From Camelus ferus (lineage: Eukaryota), in the NCBI RefSeq assembly GCF_009834535.1, contig NC_045698.1, forward strand, positions 6,698,001-6,762,000: a DNA stretch of 64,000 nt. Reading direction: 5' to 3'. The notes below the pieces were generated by a model. That model searched no databases and was not told the DNA's origin. It saw only the letters and a program-made list of their open reading frames with translations. Numbering within the stretch: the stretch's first letter is position 1; the number at the start of each line of letters is the position of its first letter. Shown one piece after another: positions 62,550 to 64,000 of the stretch. Position numbers and translations under genes: made by a program.

Positions 62550-64000
62550 CACAAAAATCCTACTCCAGGCTTGCTGAGATGGTTCAACCTTAAGGAATCT
62601 GGCAATATATTAATTATATTAATAAAAAATTTGTTGAGTAAGGAATTATATTGCCATATCCTGAAAAAATCTAATCAAGAAGAAACTTTTGTCAAGGAGG
62701 TGAAAGATTTATACATGGAGAACTACAAAACATTGAGGAAGGAAATTAAAGAAGACTTAAAGAAGGGGAAAGATATCCCATGCTCTGGGATTGGAAGAAT
62801 CAATATTGTTAAAATGGCCATGCTGCCCAAGGCAGTCTACAAATTTAAGAAGAAAATTTTGTGACTAAAGACTTTAAGTAAAATAAAAGTTCTCCAGATA
62901 AAATTAAAATTAGATACTTCAGATAAAATAAAAACGTCTTAAAACGATTTTTTTAATGATACCAGAAAATATCATAAAGCATTATATTAAATTGTACAAA
63001 GGATTGCATTCCTACTAAATGCATTCCTACTGCACTTAGAAACAGGACAAAGGGTGGGGAATCCCCAACTAAACTTCAGTCCTGTTTAGGAGAATCTAGT
63101 TAGTGCAAGAAGGTATTGTTAAGTAAATGGTGCAAATATTGGAAAAGACGTGGAAGCAGCATCACATTTTTGCAGATAATGTGATTTTACAGCTAGAAAA
63201 TTCAGGAGGTTTAACTGAAAGGAAACCTCTTAGAACAAATTTTTAAAAACACAACCACATGAAGATGTCACCATGTAAGACAAATATTTGAAAACCTCAA
63301 CAGTTGTTCTCTACACTAGAAATAACCATTTAGAAATTAAAATGGTAGAAGTTTCCATTCATGACAACTACTAAAACTACATAATTACTAAAAATAAATG
63401 TATCAAAGAAGTCGTAAGATTTGGAACATATATTTTAATATTAATATTCTATAGAAGACATAAAAACAGGCTTTAGTCGGTGAAGACATGTCATACCCCT
63501 GGCTGGGAAGACGGAACATCATAAATGAGTCACCAATCAGTGTGTAAACTTAATGCGACTCCAATCAGAACCCTAATGGTTGTTTATGTGTTCTGATTTT
63601 GCTTTAGAAATTGGACAAATTGATTGTAAATTTCATACAGAACAGTAAGCTTGATTATTTCTGAGACTGTTTTGGAAAAGGCCGTTATAAGGGGTGTTTA
63701 TTCCCAGATATTTAAATGTATGTTAAAGCTACTCTAATCAAAACAATATGATCCAGGAATCCTGGCACAGGAATAGACAAATTGATGAGCAAAACAGAAC
63801 ATAGAGTCCAGAAACCAAACCGAAAATACTTGGGTTTTTAATATATGACAAATAGCTGGCAATTTAGAAAAGAAAAAATATGTATTTACACAAAATCTGA
63901 AAATGATTTCTAGATGAATTAAAGATCTAAATGAAAGATACAATCCATTTAATAATATATTAAAATATAGGAGTTATGCTTTTGTTTTACAGTCACTAAG
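62550..64000 (+). mobile_element. Ancient LINE-1 ORF2 remnant, running off the window
   Basis: GATGGTTCAAC...TTTGCAGATAATGTGATT...CTAGAAAATTC...TGGACAAATTGAT...CTGGCACAGGAATAGACAAATTGAT...AGAGTCCAGAAA. Confidence 0.88.
62693..62846 (+). mobile_element. Younger L1 ORF2 internal fragment with a 16-bp TSD and no poly(A)
   Basis: Translates without stops as [51 protein letters not shown] (L1 ORF2, post-RT region). Flanked by AAGAAGAAACTTTTGT (62677-62692) and AAGAAGAAAATTTTGT (62847-62862). Confidence 0.88.

Noticed and set aside
62571..62864. 97-aa ORF as a host gene
   Set aside because: It is an L1 ORF2 fragment plus flanking old L1, and is reported as a mobile element.
1..64000. CRISPR arrays, operons, prokaryotic or phage systems, NUMTs, non-retroviral endogenous viral ORFs
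   Set aside because: The sequence is repeat-rich mammalian DNA. I saw no spaced direct-repeat array, no long ORF (maximum 200 aa) and no mitochondrial or viral protein similarity.

Overview
Mammalian nuclear DNA, most likely camelid (alpaca, llama or camel). The evidence is three tRNA-Ala(AGC)-derived SINEs of the camelid vic-1 type, a camelid-style L1 3' end and a cetartiodactyl MER41-like LTR, with no Alu, B1, Bov-A/BovB or PRE1 noticed. I found no host protein-coding exon that I can recognise. The main functional landmark is a ~2-kb CpG island (~11.5-13.5 kb). It appears to hold the non-coding 5' exon(s) of a minus-strand gene, whose intron runs off the left edge, and a TATA-containing divergent plus-strand start. 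I cannot name the gene. The rest (14-64 kb) is gene-poor and full of old repeats (L1M/HAL1, L2, MIR, MaLR/ERVL LTRs, hAT MERs), with a few repeat-free CpG micro-clusters that may be enhancers. I see no convincing new biological system. The best leads are a MER41-like LTR retaining a STAT GAS motif, a tail-less internal L1 ORF2 fragment bounded by a 16-bp target-site duplication (TSD), a candidate spliced divergent transcript with a small open frame, and an unusually CpG-rich MIR with promoter motifs. Repeat family names come from recalled consensus similarity by eye, and most boundaries are approximate.
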